NCBI GenBank assembly: GCA_044869275.1
Contig: JBIOXB010000213.1
Coordinates: 11,075 to 75,074, forward strand
Source of the DNA: a bacterium
Lineage (GTDB): Bacteria; Zhuqueibacterota; Zhuqueibacteria; Zhuqueibacterales; Zhuqueibacteraceae
DNA: 64,000 nucleotides
Direction: 5' to 3'
Shown here: piece after piece, positions 50,285-59,003 of the stretch
How positions within the stretch are numbered: position 1 is the first letter of the stretch
Layout: every line of letters starts with the position of its first letter
Translations under genes and position numbers: made by a program
Notes under the pieces: model-generated
Seen by the model: the letters and a program-made list of their open reading frames with translations, nothing else
What the model was told of the DNA's origin: nothing
Database searches by the model: none

Positions 50285-51718
50285 TCAAAGCGGCTCGAGC
50301 TGCAAATGCAATAGCGACTGCGTGGCGTCTGTAACTTTGAAACGATCGTCCAGCCGATAACCGCAGACCCACACCAGGCCGCAATCACATTCCACCAGCG
50401 GGATGAGTGCACGCCTGTGATAGGGGACTTTCAGATCGATGAAAAAGTCCGACAGTTTCTTGAAGCCGGGCATGCCCAGCGGTTTGAAACGATCTCCCGG
50501 CCGTGCACAGCGCACACGCAAAGCGCCGCGAATCGCGAGCGCATCGACAAATTGTGAATGGGTGTTGATTCTTTCACGCCAATCGCCAAAATTCTGTTCC
50601 TGCGCAACGATGATGCTCACGCCCGCTTCCGGCAGGGAATGGCGCTGGCCAATCACCAAAATTTGTTGTACGGGTGTCGGGCGAAGACGGCGAAAGGCGG
50701 CACCGGTTTTGTTTGTTACAACTTCCACGGCGTTTCGCCACAAGTACCGGCGCGTACGCGAGGCAATTTGCTGGCTTGATGTGGAAAGAAGCAGATCAAG
50801 AATGCGCACCGTTTCGGCAAAAGTCAGGGTGACTTCGTCATTCGTCAAACGGCGCATCACCAAGCGCACCATACCCGCTTGCACGATGCGAAAATACTTC
50901 CAAAATCGTTTAAGATCAAGGACAATTTTGCCGATTTCTTGCGTCACCATCGTCTCGGCCAGCGCTTCCTGCGCGGCATGCTCCAGGAAGGCCTCGGTTT
51001 GCGCCGAAATATTAGCCAATTGCAATAATTGCGCGTCAACGTTGGGATTGAACCGGTGCCGCAGCACCGGCAGCAGCTCGTGGCGCACGCGGTTGCGGCG
51101 AAATTGAACATCCGTGTTGCTGGCATCATCCCGCCAGGAAAGCCCGCGTTCCTGCGCATAGGACAGAATCTGGTTCCTCGAGAAAGGCAGCAACGGCCGC
51201 AAGATCTCGCTTTCAGATTGGGGTAGCTTGCGGCGCGGTGGCATGCCGGACAGCCCGCGCCACCCGCTGCCGCGCAACAAATGCGCGAGCACGGTCTCAA
51301 CTTGATCGTCGCGCTGGTGGGCGGTGACCACGGCCGAGGCGCCGCATTTTTGCCGCATGCGATCGAGCGCTTGATAACGCAGCTTGCGGCCGGCGGTCTC
51401 CACAGAAAGACGATGCTGCCGCGCCACGGTCTTGACCTCGACTTTTTCGCTCAGAAAAGCCAGATGATGCTGCTCCGCTAACTTTTCCACGAATTCGAAG
51501 TCACGATCGGCCGCTTCCCCGCGCAAGCCATGATGCACGTGCCCTACGGCAAGCTGCAATTGCCATGCTGCGCGCACCTGGAGCAGCAAATCGAGCAGAA
51601 CGCAGGAATCCATTCCGCCGGAAACCGCCACTAATAAATGGCCACCGGATTGGATAAGACGGTTTTCAAGGCAATGGCGGCGGAAGAGCTGTAGGAGTTT
51701 TTCTTCCTGCGAGTGCAT
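50285..51718 (-). CDS. tilS: tRNA(Ile)-lysidine synthetase
   Basis: AVSGGMDS, AHQRDDQVET, RPLL, DASN...RNRVR, C-terminal GDRF.PLGM.G.KKLSD. Confidence 0.96.
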   Translation of the reverse strand: MHSQEEKLLQLFRRHCLENRLIQSGGHLLVAVSGGMDSCVLLDLLLQVRAAWQLQLAVGHVHHGLRGEAADRDFEFVEKLAEQHHLAFLSEKVEVKTVARQHRLSVETAGRKLRYQALDRMRQKCGASAVVTAHQRDDQVETVLAHLLRGSGWRGLSGMPPRRKLPQSESEILRPLLPFSRNQILSYAQERGLSWRDDASNTDVQFRRNRVRHELLPVLRHRFNPNVDAQLLQLANISAQTEAFLEHAAQEALAETMVTQEIGKIVLDLKRFWKYFRIVQAGMVRLVMRRLTNDEVTLTFAETVRILDLLLSTSSQQIASRTRRYLWRNAVEVVTNKTGAAFRRLRPTPVQQILVIGQRHSLPEAGVSIIVAQEQNFGDWRERINTHSQFVDALAIRGALRVRCARPGDRFKPLGMPGFKKLSDFFIDLKVPYHRRALIPLVECDCGLVWVCGYRLDDRFKVTDATQSLLHLQLEPL

Positions 51719-51747
51719 AACGTTCGGTGCAATCAAGCTTGCGCGAG

Positions 51748-51811
51748 ACTCGTACTCTTACTCGTTCTCGCCTTACAAAAGCGAGTATGAGCAGAAGTAA
51801 GAGTAGGAGTA
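51748..51811. repeat. Inverted 6-nt array (TACTCN / GAGTAN)
   Basis: ACTCGT ACTCTT ACTCGT TCTCG ... CGAGTAT GAGCAG AAGTAA GAGTAG GAGTA. Confidence 0.8.
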
Positions 51812-51852
51812 AAAGTGAAAACAAGGACCCTTTTCTTGTGCGTCTGGCCGGG

Positions 51853-52383
51853 TTATTTCAATTGATACCGTTCCCGCAAGACGTTGAGGTGATGCCGCTC
51901 GTGCCCGGCAATAATATACGCCAGCGCACGCACACTGAACACCACGTTGTTCGCCGTGCCGGTCCGGTGCAATACCGGTTCGTCCAGCGAGTCAAAGAAT
52001 GCAATCGTGGCCGCGCGGATACTCTGCAATTCTTCCCTCAAGCTTTGCAGCGTGCGCGCATCAAAATTCGCGGCTTTGACGTAGTCATCCTGTTCGAAGC
52101 TGGAGAGTGGCGTGGCATCCGCCCGCGCCATGCGCAAAGCGCGATAAGCCATTACGCGTTCGGTGTCGCCCATGTGCCCGAGCACTTCTTTGATGCTCCA
52201 TTTTCCCGGGGCATAACGAAACATGCCGCGGCCCTCGGGAAGGTTTTGGAGCAGATGAACGGTTTCTTGAATTTGCTCGCGCAGGACAGAAAGAGCGTCG
52301 TCGCCCGGAACGCCAGCGATGTAGTTGGCATAATAAGGCGCGTACTCGCTGCTATGCGGCCGTGGAATGAGAAGTTGCGACAT
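51853..52383 (-). CDS. DinB family protein
   Basis: EYAPYY..YI, YAPGKWSIKEVLGHM.DTERV, IAGHERHH. Confidence 0.9.
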   Translation of the reverse strand: MSQLLIPRPHSSEYAPYYANYIAGVPGDDALSVLREQIQETVHLLQNLPEGRGMFRYAPGKWSIKEVLGHMGDTERVMAYRALRMARADATPLSSFEQDDYVKAANFDARTLQSLREELQSIRAATIAFFDSLDEPVLHRTGTANNVVFSVRALAYIIAGHERHHLNVLRERYQLK

Positions 52384-52417
52384 GATGCTTCGCTAATTTT
52401 GCAGGTTAGAATCTGGA

Positions 52418-52472
52418 TTACACGTTACACTTTACACGTTACACGTGTAAGGTGTAACGTGTACTGCGTAAC
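52418..52472. repeat. Inverted 7-nt array (TTACACG / GTGTAAC), same unit as 38074-38119
   Basis: TTACACG TTACACT TTACACG TTACACG-TGTAAGG TGTAACG TGTACTG CGTAAC. Confidence 0.85.
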
Positions 52473-52496
52473 ATGGTGGCCACTCCCATTCAAAAT

Positions 52497-52543
52497 GAAA
52501 ATCCCGATCTTCCTGCAAATGGTCAAGGAACAATCGGGACTTT
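52497..52543 (-). terminator. Putative terminator after the tRNA
   Basis: Minus strand AAAGTCCCGAT.....ATCGGGATTTTC, imperfect stem followed by Ts. Confidence 0.5.
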
Positions 52544-52548
52544 CGCGG

Positions 52549-52621
52549 TAGCGGCGGAGGGATTTGAACCCCCGACCTACGGATTATGATTCCGCTGCTC
52601 TACCGGCTGAGCTACACCGCC
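52549..52621 (-). tRNA. tRNA with CAT anticodon, most likely elongator tRNA-Met
   Basis: GGCGGTGTAGCTCAGCCGGTAGAGCAGCGGAATCATAATCCGTAGGTCGGGGGTTCAAATCCCTCCGCCGCTA; cloverleaf, T-loop TTCAAAT; followed by CCG rather than CCA. Confidence 0.93.
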
Positions 52622-52784
52622 ACGTCGTACCTTTTCCAAATATAAAAAAGCCGAGATGAAAGGCAAGTTCAATTTCCGCCCGATTTTTCGCAATTGCGGC
52701 TCTCTGGAAGTCCAGCAATTGATTTGCCGCGCAGAAACCGAGGAAGGAGCATGGCTTTAGATTCGCTTGAGGTCAGCCCGGTTT

Positions 52785-54155
52785 TCATCCCCCCTGCCTT
52801 TTCAGCGCCGCCTCAAAATTATCCAATGCCAGATCCAGCTCGGCACCATCATCCTGGTTTTTCAACCGAAGCTGGCCGCTTTCTTTCTCACGCTGGCCGT
52901 AGAAGGCGACGTAGCGCACTTGCCGCGCCGCAGCATAGTTGAATTGCGCCTTGAGGTTTGCAGCTTCGGGATAAACGTCACAAATGAATCCCGCGCGGCG
53001 GGCGCGGGTTGCCAATGATAAAATCTCGGAAAGATTCTCGGGAAAGTTCATGAACATGATATCGATGGCCGCGTTCGTCTCCGCGAACCAGCCGCGTTCC
53101 TCCAATAAGAGAAGAATTCTCTCGAGGCCGAGGGAAAAGCCGCAAGCCGGAATGTCCCGCCCGGCAAACATGCCGACCAAATTGTCGTATCTGCCGCCGC
53201 CGCCGAGCGAACCGGAAACGCCCGGCACCACGATCTCGAAGATGGCGCCGGTATAGTACGACAAGCCGCGCGCCAGGCTGGGAGTGAGCGCCAGTCGCGA
53301 GGCGTTGCCGGTGGCTTCGCTCGATTGCAGAATGGTCTGCAAATCATCGAGGCCTTTCAAAGCCGAGGGGCTCGCCAAATTTTGGCGCAAAAAGCTCAAG
53401 CGCGCCGCATTTTCGTTCAAGGCATTCGCTTTTTCCAGGAAGCTCAGCAGTTTTTGTGCGGCTGCAGCCGTGACGCCGCGCTGCACCAATTCCTCCGCCA
53501 CGCCCGCTTTTCCGATCTTATCCCACTTATCCACCGCGATCAACGCGGTTCCTTCCAGCTCCAATGCAATGCCCGCCGCTTCGATCAAGCCGCGCAACAC
53601 CTCGCGATGATTGAGCAACACCGAGAAATCTTTGAATTGTAGTTTTTCCAAAACCGTGCACGCCGCGGCTAGTACTTCGGTTTCCACGGTGAGCGCAGAA
53701 CTGCCGCACACATCGAGATCGCATTGCATGAACTCGCGGAAGCGGCCTTTGGCCGGGCGGTCAGCGCGCCACACGGGTTGGATTTGATAACGCTTGTAGA
53801 ATTTCGGCAATTGCCCGGCGTAACGCGCCATCACCCGGGCGAGGGGGACGGTTAAATCGTATTTCAGCGCAAGATCGGCATAGAGGCGTTCCGCCGGAAC
53901 GTCTGTGTCGGCATTTTGTGCCACGGCTTCCTGCAATTTTTCCCCGCGCAGCAAAATGCGAAACAACAGCTGATCGCCTTCTTCACCATATTTGCCGAGC
54001 AGCGTTGAAAGATTTTCAAATGCCGGCGTTTCCAGCGGCTCGAAGCCGAAAGACTCGTAAACTTCCTGAATGATTTTGATCACCGCGCGGCGCTTGCGCA
54101 AATCGCCGGCGAGAAAATCGCGCGTGCCGCCGGGGGGATTGACGTTAAGGTTCAA
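52785..54155 (-). CDS. hisS: Histidine--tRNA ligase
   Basis: GTRDF, ETPAFE, LKYDLTVP, RADRP.KGRFREF.QCD, LARGLSYYTG, GGGRYD, SLGLER. Confidence 0.97.
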   Translation of the reverse strand: MNLNVNPPGGTRDFLAGDLRKRRAVIKIIQEVYESFGFEPLETPAFENLSTLLGKYGEEGDQLLFRILLRGEKLQEAVAQNADTDVPAERLYADLALKYDLTVPLARVMARYAGQLPKFYKRYQIQPVWRADRPAKGRFREFMQCDLDVCGSSALTVETEVLAAACTVLEKLQFKDFSVLLNHREVLRGLIEAAGIALELEGTALIAVDKWDKIGKAGVAEELVQRGVTAAAAQKLLSFLEKANALNENAARLSFLRQNLASPSALKGLDDLQTILQSSEATGNASRLALTPSLARGLSYYTGAIFEIVVPGVSGSLGGGGRYDNLVGMFAGRDIPACGFSLGLERILLLLEERGWFAETNAAIDIMFMNFPENLSEILSLATRARRAGFICDVYPEAANLKAQFNYAAARQVRYVAFYGQREKESGQLRLKNQDDGAELDLALDNFEAALKRQGG

Positions 54156-54202
54156 GCAAAACTCCTAAAAGTTTTTACTGCAAACTCGTCATTGAAGCGA
54201 AC

Positions 54203-54511
54203 TTATCTCCGGGCGTGGGCTGGCTTGCCAGGTTTGTTTTGCGCCACTTTTTCCCGCAGCCATAAGTTGATCAACGTCTCCGCAGAAATGCCTTGTCGGC
54301 GGGCGTGAAATTTCAATTGCGGAATCAAATCCTTTGCAACGGCAAAATAGGTTTTGTCGGAACTGACTGCAACCTCTACAGAGACCTCATCCATTGCGTC
54401 CTCATAATCTGCCGTGCTGTGCGTATCCCAAAATTCCCAGAACTCCTGAAGTGTGCCGAAGTTCTTGGGCAACGGATCGCGCCGGCGGCTTTGTTTTCTA
54501 CTTTTTGCCAT
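54203..54511 (-). CDS. CopG/BrnA-like antitoxin
   Basis: P..F....EFWEFWDTHSTADY ... ARRQGIS.ETLINLWLREK; overlaps the BrnT stop. Confidence 0.85.
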   Translation of the reverse strand: MAKSRKQSRRRDPLPKNFGTLQEFWEFWDTHSTADYEDAMDEVSVEVAVSSDKTYFAVAKDLIPQLKFHARRQGISAETLINLWLREKVAQNKPGKPAHARR

Positions 54512-54782
54512 AGCTCTTTCGCTCCTTATCATCCATGTCGCGAGCGCTTAAAATCAGCGCATCTTGGGAAGTTTTGTAAATGAAAAATATAGTCAAATGG
54601 CGACCAGTACCGGTTTGTCCGAGCGCTCGATAGACATGCTCATCATTGAAATGGCCTGCGCGCATTTTTTTGATTTTGGATTTGTGTATGAGTACGTCTT
54701 GTACTTCATCTTTGGCAACACCATGCTTTGTCTCGATTTTTTCAACAACTTCTTCCAGCCAGATTAACCTCCGTATTTTCAT
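54498..54782 (-). CDS. BrnT family toxin
   Basis: W.....KI..KHGV...E, ALGQT..GRHL.IFF, ILSARDM..KER..Y; GGAGG upstream. Confidence 0.9.
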   Translation of the reverse strand: MKIRRLIWLEEVVEKIETKHGVAKDEVQDVLIHKSKIKKMRAGHFNDEHVYRALGQTGTGRHLTIFFIYKTSQDALILSARDMDDKERKSYGKK

Positions 54783-54827
54783 GGCCAGCTTCCTCCTCGA
54801 TTCAATTGATCGCCTCGGCTGCTATTC

Positions 54828-55001
54828 TCAAAACGCAAGCTTTTCACTGGGGTCAATCTCGTCGATGACCATCAATTCATTCCTCAATTTGAACGCAACA
54901 AACAGCCAATCTTTCAAGGTAGCACGCAGCTCATTTCAACATTCAGATACCGTACTTGCAGAAGCCAGGACACGTTCGCAAGCGGCAATACGGCCCTGCA
55001 A
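54828..55001 (-). pseudogene. HicB-family antitoxin remnant
   Basis: Manual translation LQGRIAACERVLASASTVSEC*NELRATLKDWLFVAFKLRNELMVIDEID; internal TGA at 54936-54938; no 5' end. Confidence 0.6.
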
Positions 55002-55006
55002 CACTC

Positions 55007-55091
55007 AGACTGAGTGAAAACGCGGTTCTTGAAATTTTTTAACGCACAAGCTGAAAAACTGTGAATCTGCTTTTTCGTTTTCACACAGTCT
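55007..55091. mobile_element. Short MITE-like element with the same terminal repeats but an unrelated interior
   Basis: AGACTGAGTGAAAAC ... GTTTTCACACAGTCT, 85 bp. Confidence 0.75.
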
Positions 55092-55111
55092 GACTGCAAT
55101 CGCACCCATGT

Positions 55112-55906
55112 TCATCGCTTTGAATTCTCAAACTCCCTCTCCCACCTGATATATTTATCTCGAATCTTCTTGATCTGCTCATCCAAATTCTCCGCCGTCC
55201 ACGTGCTGGTATCGATCGGCGGATAAAAGCGGGCATAGACCGTGCCGGGCGTGACCACGAAAGTTTTGCCGGGACAAAGCCGGCGCGCGCCGGCGAAGTG
55301 AATGGGCACGATGGGATATTGCAAATCCATGGCCATGCGAAACGCGCCTTTCTTGAACTGGCCGATTTGGCCGCCTTCGATGCGCGTGCCCTCCGGCGCA
55401 ACGAACAGCGAAAGTTTTTTGCGGCGAATACGCTCATAGGCGCGATTGATCGTGGCGATGGCCTTCGCCGAATCTTGCCGTTTGATGAATATCTGCCCGG
55501 TGAGCAAGCCCATAACCCCGAAAAAAGGATTGTACAGCAATTCATATTTCGCCACGTAGCGCGTTCGCGGCAAGCCCAAAGTCATGATGCCAAAAAGATC
55601 CAGCGTCGAGCTGTGGTTGGAAATATACACCGCCGGGCCATTGACCTTCTCGCCCACGTATGCGATTTTCAAGTCTACCCCCGCAAACCAAAGAATCATG
55701 CGCCCCATCGTCCGGCTAAAAAATTCCACCACCCAATTCTGCGCCCGCCCCAGCGTGAGCATCGTCGTGATCACGAGCAGAACCATGCCGGTCGCGAGCG
55801 TGAGCACGGTAAACGCAGCGAGAAAAATCGCACGCAAACGTGTGCCGAGTTTGGCGAGCGCGGAGCCGCGGGGCAGGGTTGCGCTGTGGGCTATGGACAT
55901 GCTCAT
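55112..55906 (-). CDS. plsC: 1-acyl-sn-glycerol-3-phosphate acyltransferase (PlsC family)
   Basis: NHSSTLD, FIKR, APEGTR, FKKGAF, PIVP. Confidence 0.88.
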   Translation of the reverse strand: MSMSIAHSATLPRGSALAKLGTRLRAIFLAAFTVLTLATGMVLLVITTMLTLGRAQNWVVEFFSRTMGRMILWFAGVDLKIAYVGEKVNGPAVYISNHSSTLDLFGIMTLGLPRTRYVAKYELLYNPFFGVMGLLTGQIFIKRQDSAKAIATINRAYERIRRKKLSLFVAPEGTRIEGGQIGQFKKGAFRMAMDLQYPIVPIHFAGARRLCPGKTFVVTPGTVYARFYPPIDTSTWTAENLDEQIKKIRDKYIRWEREFENSKR

Positions 55907-55923
55907 TTCCTTTGTGTTAGAGC

Positions 55924-56028
55924 TCGTGGATCGTGGGTCGTAGATGGTGGATCGTGGAGTCCTCTGCTTCATTCTGAAAACTATCCACCATCCACGATCT
56001 ACCATCCACGTTCAACAATCCACGATCT
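55924..56028. repeat. Inverted 7-nt array (TCGTGGA / TCCACGA)
   Basis: Five TCGTGGA-like units, spacer, six or seven TCCACGA-like units. Confidence 0.85.
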
Positions 56029-56041
56029 GCAGAAAAAGCAT

Positions 56042-56323
56042 TCATTTAAACAACTCACGCACCACAATATTGCGCTGGATTTGGCTCGTGCCTTCGTAAA
56101 TCTGATATATTTTCACGTCGCGCATGAGCTTGGCGACCGGATATTCTTCAATGAAGCCGTAACCGCCGAACACCTGCACGGCATCGATGCAAACTTTCAT
56201 CGCCACGTCCGCGCAAAAGGCCTTGGCAAAATCACGTGCGCTTTGCCGCAGCAATTCCTGCTCTTCGGTCAAGGAAAAGCTCACGCCGAATTTGCCGGTA
56301 GGATGAGTTTCAGCCATGGGCAT
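56042..56323 (-). pseudogene. Acyl-CoA dehydrogenase with in-frame deletion of most of the gene
   Basis: N-terminal [19 protein letters not shown] fused to C-terminal AKAFCAD...[34 protein letters not shown]; 93 aa. Confidence 0.85.
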
Positions 56324-56482
56324 GCTCCCATTTTTTCAAATTGAAAGAATTATTGCGCATGCAGAACCAGCCGAGGACTGCAACATTCTCATGTTTTCGA
56401 GGCTTGCATTTGCGCAGATGGCATGATCTTGCCGGTAAAGATAAGAAATCACCGCGCGAATCACAAGCAAGGAGTATGACGG

Positions 56483-57886
56483 ATGAAGACATGCAGTGGT
56501 ATGCTGCTCATGATTCTCATCATGGCGTGCGCCGGCCGGGCGCAAGAAACCGGTGCGAATTCTCCGCCAGTGGAGCACTACGAACAAGGCCTGGTGCTGA
56601 TGATGTCCGGCGATTCACCGGCGGCGCTGGCAGAATTCGAAGCCGCATTGAAAGCCGCACCGGATTACGTTGATGCTCAACTGGCCATTGGCGATCTGCA
56701 TTTGCAAACCGGTGACTACGGGAAAGCCCGCCGCGCATATGAACGCGCGCTAAAAATTCAGCCCAGGCTGCCTGCCGCATTTGTGGGTTTGGGGCACGTG
56801 ATCTGGCAAATGCAACAGGAGGCCCAGCTGGCACTGGAGCAGTATCGCGCTGCTTTGCAAGCGGATCCGGATCATGCCGAGGCCAATTATTTCGCCGGTA
56901 AAATGCTGGCGGCACAAGATCAGCCCGAGGCCGCGATTCCGATTCTGGAGAAAGCGCTGCGGCTCGCGCCGCATGCATACGAGCCGCATTTGAGTTTGGG
57001 CCTTTGCCATTTTTCCCTGCACCAATATGATGCGGCTCGGGAACAGTGGCAAGCGGCAAAGAACAACGGCGGGTTTCCGCAGGTGATGCTGGAATGGGGC
57101 CGGAATTTGCTGGCGACCGTCGCGGAGCACGGCATTTTGTTCACCGCGGGCGAGCAGGAAACCCAGGCGCTATGGTATTTGCAGGAATGTGAAAACCTGC
57201 GCCGCGATGCCAGCATTGTAAACTTGAATTTGCTGCAAGAGATTTGGTATATTCAGATGCTGCGGGACCGCGAACCGCGCGTGCCGATCGAATTTGACGA
57301 CGAATATCTTACTGAAAAACTCCGGCCGCGGCTTTTGCCCGCGCCGGAAAGAATGGAGGTGGCAGGCCTGGAATGGATTCTCGCGCCGTCAGCGGAAGTT
57401 CAAAGCCTGCGCGTGCAGGATTTGATGTTGCTGAAAATCATAAGCTGGAATGAATGGCGGCGCCCCATTTATTTCGCGCTCACGGTGGACCGTTCCGACC
57501 AACTGGGTTTGCAGGATTATTTGTCCATGGAAGGCCTGGCGTGGCGGTTATGCCGTGCCCAATGTGAGACTTTGCAGCCAGAGAGAACCTGGGAGAATGT
57601 GCGGGAACACTATGCTTACACGCATGTAAGAGAAATGCCTCTGGCCGGAAATTCGCCCGCGCTGCTGGTGAATTACGGGAAGATTTTTTGCCTGCTCGCC
57701 GAAGCTTTTCACCAACACCGCGCCTTCGCGCAAAGCAAAGCCGTGCTCGCGTGGGGAGACAGCATGCGAGTTTTTAAGGATGCGGCGAGCAATGAATGGG
57801 CCGCGCGGCTGGCGCAGAACTTGGGAGAAAAGTCGAGTGCGGCCAAGTTCCAGGTGCAAGCGGCGATCTTGCGGCGGCGAAAATGA
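56483..57886 (+). CDS. Exported TPR protein fused to a DUF2723-protein-like C-terminal domain
   Basis: Signal peptide or lipobox, about four to five TPRs, then ILFTAGEQETQALWYLQECENLRRD..IVNL.LL..WYI and W.RPIYFA.TV...L..YL.MEGLA. Confidence 0.7.
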   Translation: MKTCSGMLLMILIMACAGRAQETGANSPPVEHYEQGLVLMMSGDSPAALAEFEAALKAAPDYVDAQLAIGDLHLQTGDYGKARRAYERALKIQPRLPAAFVGLGHVIWQMQQEAQLALEQYRAALQADPDHAEANYFAGKMLAAQDQPEAAIPILEKALRLAPHAYEPHLSLGLCHFSLHQYDAAREQWQAAKNNGGFPQVMLEWGRNLLATVAEHGILFTAGEQETQALWYLQECENLRRDASIVNLNLLQEIWYIQMLRDREPRVPIEFDDEYLTEKLRPRLLPAPERMEVAGLEWILAPSAEVQSLRVQDLMLLKIISWNEWRRPIYFALTVDRSDQLGLQDYLSMEGLAWRLCRAQCETLQPERTWENVREHYAYTHVREMPLAGNSPALLVNYGKIFCLLAEAFHQHRAFAQSKAVLAWGDSMRVFKDAASNEWAARLAQNLGEKSSAAKFQVQAAILRRRK

Positions 57887-57925
57887 AGCGCGAGTGAAGT
57901 CGGTATTTAAGCGTAGCCATCCTGC

Positions 57926-58015
57926 TACTTCAACTCTCACTCTTACTCTTACACCTACTCGCTTTTGCGCGTTCAGGATCGAGTAAGAGCAAGAGCATGA
58001 GTAGGAGTAGGAGCA
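57926..58015. repeat. Inverted 6-nt array (TACTCT / GAGTAG), same family as 51748-51811
   Basis: ACTCTC ACTCTT ACTCTT ACACCT ACTCG ... CGAGTAA GAGCAA GAGCAT GAGTAG GAGTAG GAGCA. Confidence 0.85.
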
Positions 58016-58049
58016 TCATTCTGTTTCACTGGACCTAAGGAGGGATAGC

Positions 58050-58838
58050 ATGCCTGTCACCATCATTCAAGTCGATGCCTTCACCCACAAACTTTTCTCC
58101 GGGAATCCCGCGGCAGTTTGTGTGCTGCCTGCAGCGCGTGAAGACGAATGGATGCAAGCCGTCGCGGGCGAGATGAACCTATCCGAAACGGCTTTCTTGC
58201 ACAAGGAAGGCGAGGGCTATCGTCTGCGCTGGTTCACGCCCAAAACGGAAGTCGATCTTTGCGGCCATGCGACTTTGGCCAGCGCGCATGTGCTGTGGGA
58301 GCGTGGTAGCGTTTTAGAAAATGAGAGGATTCGCTTCTTCACCCGCAGCGGCGAGCTGATCGCAGCCAAGCAAGGCGATTGGATTGAGCTGGACTTCCCC
58401 GCCGAGCCGGAAGAACCGGTCAAAGCTCCGGCAGTATTGCAGGAAGCACTGGGCGTGAAACCGATGTATGCCGGTAGGAATCGTTTTGATTTCTTGATTG
58501 AGGTCGAGTCCGAAAGAATGCTGCGGCGCCTGCAACCGGATTTCACGCTGTTGGAAAAAGTGAACACCCGTGGCATTATCGCCACCAGCCGCTCAGCTTC
58601 GCCGGACTATGATTTTGTCTCGCGCTTTTTTGCCCCGGCTGTGGGCATGAACGAAGATCCCGTGACGGGTTCGGCACATTGTTGTCTTGGCCCATTCTGG
58701 GGCAAACGCCTGGGAAGAGAGGAACTGCTCGGCTATCAAGCTTCCGCACGCGGAGGCTTCGTGCGCGTGCGTTTGGGAGGGAAGCGAGTGTTTCTCGGCG
58801 GGCAGGCGGTGACGGTGTTGCGGGGGGAGCTGCTGTGA
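58050..58838 (+). CDS. PhzF family isomerase
   Basis: QVDAFT...GNPAAV, MNLSETAF, EVDLCGHATLA, EDPVTGSAH. Confidence 0.95.
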   Translation: MPVTIIQVDAFTHKLFSGNPAAVCVLPAAREDEWMQAVAGEMNLSETAFLHKEGEGYRLRWFTPKTEVDLCGHATLASAHVLWERGSVLENERIRFFTRSGELIAAKQGDWIELDFPAEPEEPVKAPAVLQEALGVKPMYAGRNRFDFLIEVESERMLRRLQPDFTLLEKVNTRGIIATSRSASPDYDFVSRFFAPAVGMNEDPVTGSAHCCLGPFWGKRLGREELLGYQASARGGFVRVRLGGKRVFLGGQAVTVLRGELL

Positions 58839-59003
58839 CTGCAAATCTGAAAATTTATTTGAGCTGAGATCAATCGAATTTTCAAGCTCGTTACCGATAA
58901 CCGAGAGAAGTTGCAGTAGCAACAAAATCGGGACACCGTCTTGATCGAGAAAAGCTTCTGACGCTTCGAAATCACATGCACTATTTGTCGTTTGCTTTTT
59001 GCC

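Noticed and set aside
52549..55091. tRNA-anchored genomic island
   Set aside because: No integrase and no duplicated tRNA 3' end seen; neighbours are housekeeping genes
56419..56435. Sigma-54 promoter TGGCATGATCTTGC
   Set aside because: GG to GC spacing is 9 nt, not the required 10
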